Part shown: positions 36,701 to 42,111 of the stretch, in pieces
Position numbering within the stretch: the first letter of the stretch is position 1
Layout of the letters: every line of letters starts with the position of its first letter
DNA from: an uncultured Pseudomonadota bacterium
GTDB taxonomy: Bacteria; Pseudomonadota; Alphaproteobacteria; Rs-D84
Length of the DNA: 64,000 nt
Assembly: GCA_902795435.1 (NCBI GenBank)
Contig: CADBLE010000005.1
Location: 2,758-66,757, forward strand
Reading direction: 5' to 3'
Notes under the pieces: model-generated
Database searches by the model: none
The model's input: only the letters and a program-made list of their open reading frames with translations
Told to the model about the DNA's origin: nothing
Position numbers and translations under genes: made by a program

Positions 36701-37837
36701 GTTCAACATATCTTGCAACCCCAGGGCAGCAGGATATATTAAAGGCATTTCTTTACCATACATATAAAAAAGAGATTTATCATCCTGGGCTATTCCAGAT
36801 GTAGCAGAATAATCAGCCAAAACAATTTCGCTGACAACACCGTTTTTATCTTCAATAACAGCGGTCCATCCTTTTCCGAAAACTTCTCTTAAAATGAAAC
36901 GGTCCATACCAAAACCAGCGGCAATTCCAGCGTTTATAAACGGTGTTTGGTCTGTATATATTATTATATCATAAGATGCACCAGTATCAACACCATTACA
37001 TGATGTAACATATTTATCATTTCCAGTAAGTTTTGTTCCCATTGGACACAACGCTATTGGTGGAAGTTCTGTATCTGCAATAACACCCGCTTTTACCTGA
37101 TCTTCCACTGTTTCATTCAAAACAAATATATTTCCTTTTAAATCAACAGTACCATTTGTATTGTATTTATAATCTAAAATAGGTGTATCATAAATGTTGT
37201 ATTTAACACTGTTACCTCCTGATGTGGTCATGGAATTTGGATGTATCATATACCAAAAAGACGAACCAACCGAATGGTCTGATTTACAATCATCAACAAA
37301 ATTTAATTTCATCAAATCTTTGTATGAATCAACAGGACAAACATCTGTACTGCTTGATTTGATAGGAACAAAATGATCTGATGAATACAATAAATCTTTA
37401 ATGGTTGAACCAGATTTCTGTAAATAACTTCGTGCTGCAGTATATAAAGACCAGTCATGATATTCTGGGTATTTTGTCAAGAAATTAAAATACCCCGAGA
37501 TAACCATATATTCTATCAAAGCATCATTCTGTATATCGTTTAAAGCGATACAAGTATTACCGCCTTGCTGTCTCATTATATATCCCGCTTCACACTTCAC
37601 AACACAATTTTCAGAATTATTAGAAAGATAAAAATTGCAAGAATCACCCGAAAAAGCATTTAAAGACGAAAAAGACAACACCAACGCAAAAAGCATTGCT
37701 TTGATAACAGCAAAAATTTGGCGGTTTTTAGCCACTTTTAAGATTTTCCGTCCTTTCTTTATGTTTATCTTAGAAAAAAACAAAGGGGTGTGTAAAGGGA
37801 AAAATTTCGTGATTATATATAAATATATAAAATTCAT
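24776..37837 (-). CDS. giant mosaic surface protein 3 (4353 aa as maximal ORF; likely GTG start at 37735)
   Basis: Uninterrupted 13 kb ORF. Starting at GTG 37735 gives the signal peptide (M)AKNRQIFAVIKAMLFALVLSFSSLNAFS, homologous to the N-terminus of giant protein 2. Module map in nt: unique N-terminal region about 36359-37650; 243-bp repeat blocks 35873-36358, 34643-35374 and 32812-33297; CWC modules 35375-35872, 32330-32811, 31410-31930 and 30480-31010; unique region 33298-34642; a roughly 900-bp duplication at 28545-30340; BspA-like cassette 26570-27560. Many Listeria-Bacteroides-type repeats run to the very C-terminus. The C-terminal domain of proteins 1 and 2 is absent. Confidence 0.9.
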   Translation of the reverse strand: MNFIYLYIITKFFPLHTPLFFSKINIKKGRKILKVAKNRQIFAVIKAMLFALVLSFSSLNAFSGDSCNFYLSNNSENCVVKCEAGYIMRQQGGNTCIALNDIQNDALIEYMVISGYFNFLTKYPEYHDWSLYTAARSYLQKSGSTIKDLLYSSDHFVPIKSSSTDVCPVDSYKDLMKLNFVDDCKSDHSVGSSFWYMIHPNSMTTSGGNSVKYNIYDTPILDYKYNTNGTVDLKGNIFVLNETVEDQVKAGVIADTELPPIALCPMGTKLTGNDKYVTSCNGVDTGASYDIIIYTDQTPFINAGIAAGFGMDRFILREVFGKGWTAVIEDKNGVVSEIVLADYSATSGIAQDDKSLFYMYGKEMPLIYPAALGLQDMLNAMFMAYEEYFTNQVGKDVKFSQTDKDAIIYNLTQEKELHKMLNSSTFGRSTRLHANILYNNTGKSTEITYDNIPHHTSLTKFQCNSNCAGVEDTGNKERFDDYPEGGGKEPEPTVVITLNWDENGGNTISNGSCTLNGNLTLPSAPTRSGYTFTGWKLANGTIKGANTTVSNGCVATYTGVSSGTSTSITAQWTPATITINWDENGGGDVANGSCTYGGNLTLPSAPTRSGYTFNGWKLANGTIKSAGETVSGGCTSTYTGVSSGMSTSIQAQWEEQTCTNYEDSVLGSVAGSGCFAGKSAFNGSFSGVNSYLNDCSNLIPADASTWMVMDLDYNVLYGETTCINTGKTTESGVDSTLVTERNLKTGNNCWCRVTKTKSGSTGTETPVDSSWFYIDSSQISNYSDCKNDCARGCATMFYYQTWRDGSNPAINESMNICPTPTVVNIILNWNENGGNAISDGSCTLNGDLTLPSAPTRSGYTFAGWKLADNSIHNAGETVSGGCTSTYTGVSSGTSTSITAQWTSTTITLDWNENGGNAIANGSCTLNGNLTLPSAPTRSGYTFSGWKLVDNSIHNAGETVSGGCTSTYTGVSSGTSTNIQAQWTPATITLNWDENGGNTIANGSCVYGENLTLPSAPTRSGYTFAGWKLADNSIHNAGETVSGGCTSTYTGVSSGTSTSITAQWEEIICDGTEYFDETTNSCVKCPDEYPIYSNGTCSVTKSCPALNCPPHSTCSYIGDTSWVEYMNTSSTGDHCSIKIDNCDTGYIQNGEECVSKDNQYRCPMNIVNVGCNTDEKVCMNSYTGISKDDQWCYNKNSYLTYVDEYLNPYDVYKKNNTEIRYWATSQNSFVGIGTFIDKEYKADLAKDALWENNHSLLSAGSSFIGNKDNISEYVTFIGKISEGLDLPVLPELPYCDGFAFNGYVDKEQNPAGFDAGGVWIGCVAGDVVSDYIPLTGQLIINDKKYNLEHLSNIAPLILNIEPNGKYAFVCDEKEYGADFCKNENVAKYLNNIQVPKGSTDGYAYISPLAVFMMSYKVPSSGSYFSANCSGETLMECFGMQNNPDKELSTGAGYKLSDYSRDSVEYFMNKVLNGQKWSFGGLAPQFAPDSGQYQLIKLANQQGMVRKSMTFNPVPEEITLNWDENGGVAIADGLCIYDGNLTLPSAPTRSGYTFTGWKLADNSIHNAGETVSGGCTSTYTGVSSGTSTYIVAQWTPATITLNWDENGGNTIANGSCIYGGNLTLPSVPTRSGYTFTGWKLANGTIKGANTTVSNGCVATYIGGIISSVATGVQAQWTQLSCPINYHSDQSLTEIMGTSEAGADYVANGSDGGQIGNYGGLSSAVAGIYGVQYAFAVYYGADKGYVRGRSVCSTQTGTNHTVINTSLPDNSGPNCYCQLYNYTSSGVTKNISSGSLLLSSYDNAGQCANNCSVNCAYGMRDGGQLALSLRTALFDSVCSPDVYRITYNTNGGNTIEPYDYTYGSPAITLPEPTKANNIFDGWYSDSDLTNVVSSPYTPTGSITLYAKWRSDSCGAGEYENGGACFLCPAGFRDGTNAQNIKECYRACTTANIDHSVSVSGNDYYDMPDTCSALGCETHYHITPDLMSTIGTTDANGYTSNDSTGTDYDTYGMSNTIISNDPMAFAVDYGTKGIIKGHGRCSTRNVANPWYDQNGYTFEPDHFVSNLTDETGTGQYCYCQLDGYIPNGDTLQSLSSPWVFNRDDGNASYCAVHCAGSCEDYMRITDYSNALAFRAAVFGSLNNQVCSPDVYRITYNTNGGDAIEPYDYTYGSPAITLPEPTKANYTFDGWYSDSNLTNVVSSPYTPTATITLYAKWRLDSCGAGEYKNGNECSLCPEGFRDGTNADNIYMCYRNSSVDCEEYYHITNAQTPYAPQSATCKMYYGSPTCVLNNKNACDISSLSCQSGYELTSRDFDTSNPSLEYVKVKNPQVDSCYYENLLTQTNSSDCSDSSIFGTLKPGSWEVKNELGVINGTAGCSETGGTIYQTGNPNITDSGNHCWCRIEKLNGETALSQWVYAGSDSSCNTNCQSFCGIYGFAFFPQEFRESLYSTVSQTCEESTRIHCDAGYYLPAGSRECAECNDGYYCPDSRDYDYNETTPQGNVKCPIFDNTNIGAYYAQSIIINKALGGDYLKSDSIEDCMVPLLFGSNPSVMYSNVSVSQISGYNTNLDINKNDVGLYLLCKYNQTTAQYDRCYDLYVEYCKSGYYLTQTQLDAHVLPMEYNSQSEAEAFRSILATTPLSSFACVPAEPGYYTATYDLIMAKDNLDSQELIMANNMGVMGSISRGVVVNPGTMDIGVLSDAYKQCPDAYPDSEPASWQVAQCYATVTFKDGGTILKEEQHDFSGTSDGVNVTTNAYHISNYQPTLQAPAGYVFDGWYETSDFSGNKITTATDLTGNKTLYAKWVRETVICPAVDNSSFGALRVKSDEYADSLENCNARFMYANSPDNVDLSGSLFNNTEISADYDANNSINSTVYNLESVCKYNTITGLYDLCFPATVGIASCKRGYYIGNPEYELSLYNGDFSDIQYNDSHRSPCVPAERGYYTNSYDKSKSTGDVDEFTGVTASAYASGMGNHSFPNIFTNIVDMNNSIFYANQDELYKQCPDAYPDSEPASWQVAQCYATVTFMDGSTVLKTEQHDFDGTSDGVNVTTNAYHISDYQPNNAPAGYVFDGWYETSDFSGEQITTITDLTGNKTLYAKWMKNTYDIKYYSDGVELNNITPNTYTYNPTDNQEITPVEPTKEHYVFVGWCDNVEATANCTKTLTIDAGTSGTVTVYARWLRQVTIHFDANAGNSEVQNIPADTICTDRQGCSILYNSSNWPTRDRYSFVSWNSAADGTGTDFIHTTQAGNQKVVYFNNVLNLTDGDEITLYAKWTPINYDITYELYGGVVSGTNPTSYNIETPTFTLENPTKANYEFNGWCENNADCDNPVLTYTIEQGSTTGDKVLYAKWENAGYSITYNNMDGATNYVDAPTSYTFGVGATINGKPTREDYIFVGWCTDAQLQNCSYTQTIGTEATGDKEFWAKWEPVKFTLTTTPMGENDTYRFRISASGVFYVDCGDDGVLIDSDRWGDHVRSAGNTIDRTGNTTDATYGCKYTNAANKHEIRFSGSATGYNSNPASDSSYSAIDFAMSNSGVSTPKKIAGISGSLGAIFGTIGNGDSLSKQPRFIYTFSGVTNMLDTDIDDPNNPGKKYAIPPTLFNGVHGAPVNGMFKGTFNGCSGLTGTIPSNLFSGISGNPAPHMFSATFTDCTNITGTIPGNLFSGISGNPAPYMFNLTFENCRNLTGTVPGNLFAGISGDPATWMFLRMFNGCSGLEGFSDGTTTTEYIPESFLENITDDTSPNQVSYMFQYTNLKQYCPDGMYNSTREQFNDAGKPWCAFCPSGYTSIEGAVSNSSINMCFRDCPVNDSLGGTYIPESGGHAYYGENGDDISTCKYAYTISYELDGGVVSGTNPTSYNIETPTFTLFNPTKANHEFVGWCENDTDCDNPVLTYTIEQGSTGNKTLYAQWKLNVFNIKYYDGANELSEITPATYIYSDDSQTITPIEPEKRGYTFNGWCLNSDNCGDSQKTLVIVGGTIGDINAYAQWAPNVYNINYYDWENELGGVYPNTYTYSASENQTITPNAPIKNGYQFIGWCVGADDCEETINTLDIPADTIGNIDLYAQWVMTINVHFDKNIQKDVVGMPNDVICVDGQNCVSNQTPVLNNYEFNSWNLESDGSGNEIVKGENDEYDLSVLFDWSGVENVTLYAQWTPVDYTITYILDDGIVSGTNPTSYNVETPTFTLNNPTKNGYEFIGWCETENCANPEIEYSFDTSVGGNKTLYAIFTPIQYTIVFNANGGNGEKAPVTCYYDTNCDISNNEIERTGYDFMGWSRNTSGVEYPQTQSGISVFNLTNVPETIFVNAIWNANGLPLKYNYNDGTDIINDSCMYDTSFVPTVPTRPGYVFAGWDVTSE
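28545..30340 (-). repeat. two direct copies of a roughly 900-bp unit inside giant gene 3
   Basis: About 320 bp is near-identical at 28541-28860 and 29431-29760. It encodes YKQCPDAYPDSEPASWQVAQCYATVTF.DG.T.LK.EQHDF.GTSDGVNVTTNAYHIS.YQP..APAGYVFDGWYETSDFSG..ITT.TDLTGNKTLYAKW. The upstream parts of each unit are more diverged. Confidence 0.8.
32812..33297 (-). repeat. 243-bp (81-aa) repeat block A, 2 units
   Basis: Units are ITLNWDENGG...LTLPSAPTRSGYTF.GWKLA......TV S.GC..TYTG...AQW. The DNA motif aatttccaaccagtaaatgtatatccagaacg.gttgg occurs at about 32925 and 33167. Confidence 0.9.
34643..35374 (-). repeat. 243-bp (81-aa) repeat block B, 3 units
   Basis: The motif recurs at 34748, 34991 and 35234, an exact 243-bp period. 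The units are highly similar to each other and to blocks A and C. Confidence 0.9.
35873..36358 (-). repeat. 243-bp (81-aa) repeat block C, 2 units
   Basis: The same unit as blocks A and B, with the motif at about 35977 and 36226. Confidence 0.9.
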
Positions 37838-37864
37838 TGAAAACGTGTTTTTTCATGGTATATT
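37812..37864. promoter_or_regulatory. putative back-to-back promoters for rnpB (+) and giant gene 3 (-)
   Basis: Plus strand: TTGAAA (37837-37842), 16 nt, then TATATT (37859-37864), which places the transcription start near the rnpB 5-prime end. Minus strand: TTCAAT/TTTCAA on the same bases, 18-19 nt, then TATAAT (37817-37812). Confidence 0.4.
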
Positions 37865-37870
37865 TATCCC

Positions 37871-38179
37871 ATCAGGTGCGAAAGGGCATAGCGGTATCAC
37901 ATTTGTCGTGATACTGAGGAAAGTCCGGACTGCACGGGACAGCATAGTGGCCAACAGCCACGCAGAGTAATCTGACGATTAGAGCAACAGAGACGAGCGT
38001 ATTAAATTACGGTGAAACGGGCAATCTCTATGCGCAGCAACCTCAAGTAGGATTTCTAGGTGTGTCCCCACCGTTACGGAAATCGGGTAGAGGGCTTTGA
38101 CATCTTATGGCAACATAATTTGCAGATTAATTATGCCCGCAATTAAATTGCACAGAATCCGGCTTATTGAACACCTGAT
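37871..38179 (+). ncRNA. rnpB: RNase P RNA (bacterial type A, compact)
   Basis: Universal P4 elements GAGGAAAGTCCGGAC (about 37914-37928) and ACAGAATCCGGCTTA (about 38152-38166). The terminal P1 helix pairs atcaggtg (37871-37878) with cacctgat (38172-38179). The region is locally GC-rich and non-coding and is followed by a terminator. Confidence 0.9.
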
Positions 38180-38185
38180 AAAAAT

Positions 38186-38212
38186 AAAATCGCCAAACGG
38201 CGATTTTTTTAT
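38186..38212. terminator. bidirectional rho-independent terminator (rnpB / tolA-like)
   Basis: Stem atcgcc (38189-38194), loop aaac, stem ggcgat (38199-38204), then a T-run, with an A-run upstream. Confidence 0.75.
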
Positions 38213-38213
38213 T

Positions 38214-38960
38214 TTACATAATTTCACCAGTTGATGGATAAAATGTTACACTGATGTCTTTCCATTTTTCATATTCAGAACGTGGCAACATTGAAAATGG
38301 ATTACATGTTTTAATTGCAGATTTTGCAGTATCCAAAACATACGCAAAATCAGGGTCGGTATTTGCACGTGATTCTGATTCAAACCATAATCTATCAACA
38401 ACACCTGTTGGCAATAATTTCATGTGGGCGGTTAAACGAATATCTTCCAATCCAGAACGTGTTTTATCTATGGTCCAACAACGTGTCAAAACAACACGCA
38501 AAGCATCTATAACAGACACCGTCATTGTACGATCCAAAGACAACACTTCACGATTGACTTTTACCACTGTTTTTTTGCGTGGTAATGGTTTATTTTCTGT
38601 TTTTTTATTTTTTTCATTTTTTGCCGGGGACGAAGTTGATTTTTTACTTTCATCTTCTATCATAGTCGGTTGTTTTATCTCTATTTTTTCTTCCGGTGTA
38701 TTTTTTGTATTTTTTTGTGTTTCTTCCGGCTTTTTTTCCACTTTTTCATCTGGTTTTGTTGTATTATACAGACGTGTTTCTTCACCAGAAATTTTTACAT
38801 TTTTAAGGTCAATTTCTATGATTTGAATGCGGTTTGGCGACACCAATTTTGCACGTTCAACAACCACTGAAAAAGACAACATAACAATCGCAATTAAAAC
38901 CAAATGCCCAAACACGGACATCAAAAAATTTTCACTATCAAATTGCGTTTTTGCTTTCAT
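38214..38960 (-). CDS. tolA: TolA-like protein (TonB_C/TolA family)
   Basis: 248 aa with an N-terminal TM anchor, a K/E/P-rich linker and a C-terminal TolA/TonB-like domain. It lies immediately downstream of tolQ-tolR. Confidence 0.75.
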   Translation of the reverse strand: MKAKTQFDSENFLMSVFGHLVLIAIVMLSFSVVVERAKLVSPNRIQIIEIDLKNVKISGEETRLYNTTKPDEKVEKKPEETQKNTKNTPEEKIEIKQPTMIEDESKKSTSSPAKNEKNKKTENKPLPRKKTVVKVNREVLSLDRTMTVSVIDALRVVLTRCWTIDKTRSGLEDIRLTAHMKLLPTGVVDRLWFESESRANTDPDFAYVLDTAKSAIKTCNPFSMLPRSEYEKWKDISVTFYPSTGEIM

Positions 38961-38968
38961 AATTTTTG

Positions 38969-39373
38969 TTATTTATTATCAATTTGTGTTCTTAGACCGA
39001 CACGTTGAAAACCAACATCTTTTAATTTACCCATCATGGACATCACAGCACCATAATCAGCATGTGTATCACCACTTAAAGTAATAGATAAATTTGGATT
39101 TTCACCACGCATAGCAATTGCACGCTTTACAATTTCATCACGTGGCAATTTTGTATCCAACAAATAATAGTTTCCTTTGCTATCAACACTGATTTGAATT
39201 GCATGGTCATTACCAGTCATTGCAGACGTGCCCGCACGTGGTAATTCTATATCAATACCAGTTGTCATCATTGGGGTTGTTACCATAAACACCGCCAACA
39301 ATGTTGTCATAATATCTATCATTGGTGTCAAAGACATATTTCCATCGGAAACACCAGAACGTCTGCGAGACAT
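38969..39373 (-). CDS. tolR: TolR/ExbD family biopolymer transport protein
   Basis: 134 aa. The N-terminus LTPMIDIMTTLLAVFMV and the remainder are typical of ExbD/TolR. Confidence 0.9.
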   Translation of the reverse strand: MSRRRSGVSDGNMSLTPMIDIMTTLLAVFMVTTPMMTTGIDIELPRAGTSAMTGNDHAIQISVDSKGNYYLLDTKLPRDEIVKRAIAMRGENPNLSITLSGDTHADYGAVMSMMGKLKDVGFQRVGLRTQIDNK

Positions 39374-39390
39374 ATTTTCCCCCGTGATAA

Positions 39391-39882
39391 TTATTTATGT
39401 TTCATTTCTTTTACAGATTCATCCAGTTTATCGTATAAATCATCTGATTTCTTAGAAAATACATTATACGCAATAGCAGCAGGAACCGCGGCAATCAAGC
39501 CCAATGCAGTTGTTCCCAATGCAACCGCCAAACCTGGTGCAATAACACCAATGCTGACCGATTGGTTTACACCAATAGATGCGAAAGAATCCATAACACC
39601 CCAAACGGTTCCAAACAAACCTATAAACGGTGCGACATAAGAAACCATAGATAAAAACCACAAATTTTTATCAAAAGGACGTATCAATTTATCCACAATA
39701 GTTTCAAGATTGTCGCCATTTTTTACAGAAACAGGGTTGCGTTTTTGATAATGCCAAACACGTATTTTTTCAATAATAATTGCCCATGATAAAATACTGG
39801 CAAAAACCAAGATTACAGAAACGAACAAAGTCATTAAATCACGGCCTGTGAATAATGATAATAATGAAAAACTATTTTCCAT
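39391..39882 (-). CDS. tolQ: TolQ/ExbB/MotA family proton channel protein
   Basis: The likely start is MENSFSLLSLF at 39882, preceded by AAGGAAGAGAG. The ORF-track start at 39972 would overlap ybgC. It has three TM segments and the conserved APGLAVALGTTALGLIAAVPA motif. Confidence 0.9.
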   Translation of the reverse strand: MENSFSLLSLFTGRDLMTLFVSVILVFASILSWAIIIEKIRVWHYQKRNPVSVKNGDNLETIVDKLIRPFDKNLWFLSMVSYVAPFIGLFGTVWGVMDSFASIGVNQSVSIGVIAPGLAVALGTTALGLIAAVPAAIAYNVFSKKSDDLYDKLDESVKEMKHK

Positions 39883-39904
39883 CTCTCTTCCTTTTTTTAC
39901 TTTA

Positions 39905-40282
39905 TTATCCCAACATTTTAATAATAGTGTCAGGTATTGCCTTTGGTCGCATATCACCACCGATATACGCAATTGTTATGTTCATTATAGCACAAATTTT
40001 ATCGTCTTTCACGAACTTTTGTTCAATAACCATAGATGCAGAACCAATTTTTATTGGCGTGGTATGCACTTGAAAATCTTCGCCTAGTAACAATGGCTTA
40101 GAATATTTTATATTCAATTCACGCACAACAAAGCCCAAATCTCCGTCTGGAATTACAACATTTTTAGACCAATTTGTGCGTGCACGTTCACCAATTTCAA
40201 TATAGCGTCCGTGATACATGATTCCTTCTGCGTCGGTATCTGCATACGCGACTGTAAAATTAAATATATGTGTTTTTTCCAT
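39905..40282 (-). CDS. ybgC: acyl-CoA thioesterase, YbgC/4HBT family
   Basis: 125 aa with a hot-dog-fold thioesterase N-terminus (FTVAYADTDAEGIMYHGRYIEI). It occupies the classical position upstream of tolQ. Confidence 0.85.
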   Translation of the reverse strand: MEKTHIFNFTVAYADTDAEGIMYHGRYIEIGERARTNWSKNVVIPDGDLGFVVRELNIKYSKPLLLGEDFQVHTTPIKIGSASMVIEQKFVKDDKICAIMNITIAYIGGDMRPKAIPDTIIKMLG

Positions 40283-40297
40283 GATTTTTTCCCGAAA

Positions 40298-41290
40298 TTA
40301 TTTTTCAAACCCAAGATGTTTATATCCTGCATCGGTTATAACACGACCACGTGGTGTGCGTTGAATAAAACCAATTTGCATTAAATATGGTTCAATAACA
40401 TCTTCTATTGTGTCTGACGGTTCTGATAAAATAGCAGACAAATTATCTATACCAACCGGACCACCAGCATAATTTTTAATAATAGATGTCATATATTCAC
40501 GGTCAATTTCATCAAGCCCGATTTCATCTATGTGTAATTGGTGCAGGGTGGTTTTAATTGTTTCACCATCTATCAACGATTTACCAGACGCATTTGCAAA
40601 ATCACGCGCACGTTTCAATAATCTGTTCGCAATACGCGGAGTTCCACGTGAAGATTTAGCCAACATATTTGCACCATCTTCATCTATATCCATACCCAAA
40701 ATTTTAGCACTGCGCATAATGATTTTTGCCAAATCTGAGGCAGGATAAAAAGATAATCTTAAATCTATACCAAATCTGTCACGTAATGGGTTAGACAACA
40801 AACCTGTTCTGGTTGTTGCACCAACCAATGTAAATGGGGGCAAATCTATACGAACACTTTTAGCAGTTGGTCCTTCGCCCAGCATAATATCCAATTTGAA
40901 ATCTTCCATTGCAGAATACAAAACTTCTTCAATAGCGGTTGGCAAACGATGAATTTCATCTATAAACAACACGTCCATTGGTTCCAGCGCAGTTAAAATT
41001 GCTGCCAAATCACCTTGTTTTGTAAGCATAGGGGCAGATGTCGCACGGAAATTAGTCCCCAATTCATTTGCAACAATGTGTGCCAATGTTGTTTTCCCCA
41101 ATCCTGGGGGACCGTATAACAAAACATGGTCCATTGCTTCGCCACGATTACGTGCCGCAGAAACAAACACAGATAAATTCTGTTTTAATGCGTCATGTCC
41201 AATAAAATCATTTAAAGTTTTTGGACGAATATTAGCAGACATTTCGTCTGGGATATTTGGGTCCATAAAACGTTTTTTATCTTCCATCAT
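40298..41290 (-). CDS. ruvB: Holliday junction branch migration helicase RuvB
   Basis: [31 protein letters not shown] Walker [10 protein letters not shown] Walker B, and a winged-helix C-terminus. The likely start is MMEDKK at 41290; the ORF-track start is 41332. Confidence 0.96.
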   Translation of the reverse strand: MMEDKKRFMDPNIPDEMSANIRPKTLNDFIGHDALKQNLSVFVSAARNRGEAMDHVLLYGPPGLGKTTLAHIVANELGTNFRATSAPMLTKQGDLAAILTALEPMDVLFIDEIHRLPTAIEEVLYSAMEDFKLDIMLGEGPTAKSVRIDLPPFTLVGATTRTGLLSNPLRDRFGIDLRLSFYPASDLAKIIMRSAKILGMDIDEDGANMLAKSSRGTPRIANRLLKRARDFANASGKSLIDGETIKTTLHQLHIDEIGLDEIDREYMTSIIKNYAGGPVGIDNLSAILSEPSDTIEDVIEPYLMQIGFIQRTPRGRVITDAGYKHLGFEK

Positions 41291-41291
41291 T

Positions 41292-41963
41292 TTACAACAA
41301 CTTGTCTTCACCAAGATTTTCACGACCAACATAGGCCTTCAAATCGTTATACATTTGTCTTAAATCTGCAGATTGAGTGTAATATGCATCTGCATTTTTA
41401 ACACGTATTGTTTCAAGTTCTATCTTTGCCTGTTTATTCAGGACTTGTTTCAGGTGTGCACCAAACGCAAGCGCTTCTTCACTTTCGTTTTGCCCCTGTA
41501 ATAAAACCCCACGATTTGGTCTGGTTGATAAGAAACCAAAATCAGAGATAGATTCTTCTGGTGAAACCAGCGCAAAACCAGTTACTTCTGTTCTGCGCAT
41601 CAACATTTGTAATACATACCATGCACCCATTTGATGTCCAGCCAACCAAATTTTTTCGCTTTCTTCGTTTTGATTTTGTATCCAATTCATAACCATCGCG
41701 ATATCTAACATATTATCATTGACAGTTCCAATTGAACCTTCTGAATCATTGACACCACGATAATTAAAACGAACAACTGAAAAATCCAAATCCATAAAAG
41801 CACGGAACATTGCGTAAGAAACCCTGTCGTTCATGTGGCATTTTTGACGCGGACTGCCCGACAAAATAACCGCTAGTGGCGAACCTTCTTTGCTTGATTT
41901 ATGATATACAGCATGTATTTTTCCTGCCTTGCCTGGGATAATAACATCAATCATATTTTTCAC
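41292..41963 (-). CDS. alpha/beta-hydrolase-fold protein (COG2945-like) with non-canonical nucleophile elbow
   Basis: 223 aa. The pattern ...PLAVILSG.P......NDRV....F......[17 protein letters not shown]... resembles the COG2945 hydrolase family. The expected G-x-S-x-G position reads GHQMG. Confidence 0.65.
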   Translation of the reverse strand: MKNMIDVIIPGKAGKIHAVYHKSSKEGSPLAVILSGSPRQKCHMNDRVSYAMFRAFMDLDFSVVRFNYRGVNDSEGSIGTVNDNMLDIAMVMNWIQNQNEESEKIWLAGHQMGAWYVLQMLMRRTEVTGFALVSPEESISDFGFLSTRPNRGVLLQGQNESEEALAFGAHLKQVLNKQAKIELETIRVKNADAYYTQSADLRQMYNDLKAYVGRENLGEDKLL

Positions 41964-42111
41964 CTTATTTTTTCTTTCTGGTTATATTTATAGAACAATT
42001 TGATATTTATTTTCAATAAAAATATTTTTTGCTTTGACATAATGCTATAAAATATTCTATTATCTTATTGAATATATGATTTCATATATAACGAGAGAAA
42101 GGTTGAAACAT

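Noticed and set aside
11941-37376. Dozens of 60-270-aa ORFs on the plus strand or in alternative minus frames inside the giant genes. Examples are 15399-16217, 14902-15375, 16531-17112, and the recurring MSANFQPANVYPERVGADGKVK... ORFs at 33159, 34746, 34989 and 35232.
   Set aside because: They are mirror or alternative-frame products of long, repeat-rich coding sequence. Their recurrence simply tracks the 243-bp coding repeat. They have biased His/Asn/Ile/Phe-rich compositions and no SD sequences.
24776-37837. Diversity-generating retroelement (template/variable repeat pairs) as an explanation for the near-identical repeats.
   Set aside because: There is no reverse transcriptase or accessory gene in the window. 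The differences between repeat copies that I compared by eye (e.g. ADNSIHNAGET versus ANGTIKGANTT) are block substitutions, not adenine-specific changes.
37635-37970. A 111-aa plus-strand ORF spanning the giant-gene 5-prime end and rnpB.
   Set aside because: It overlaps the RNase P RNA and the giant-gene leader and has no SD. The region is explained by the ncRNA and the promoters.
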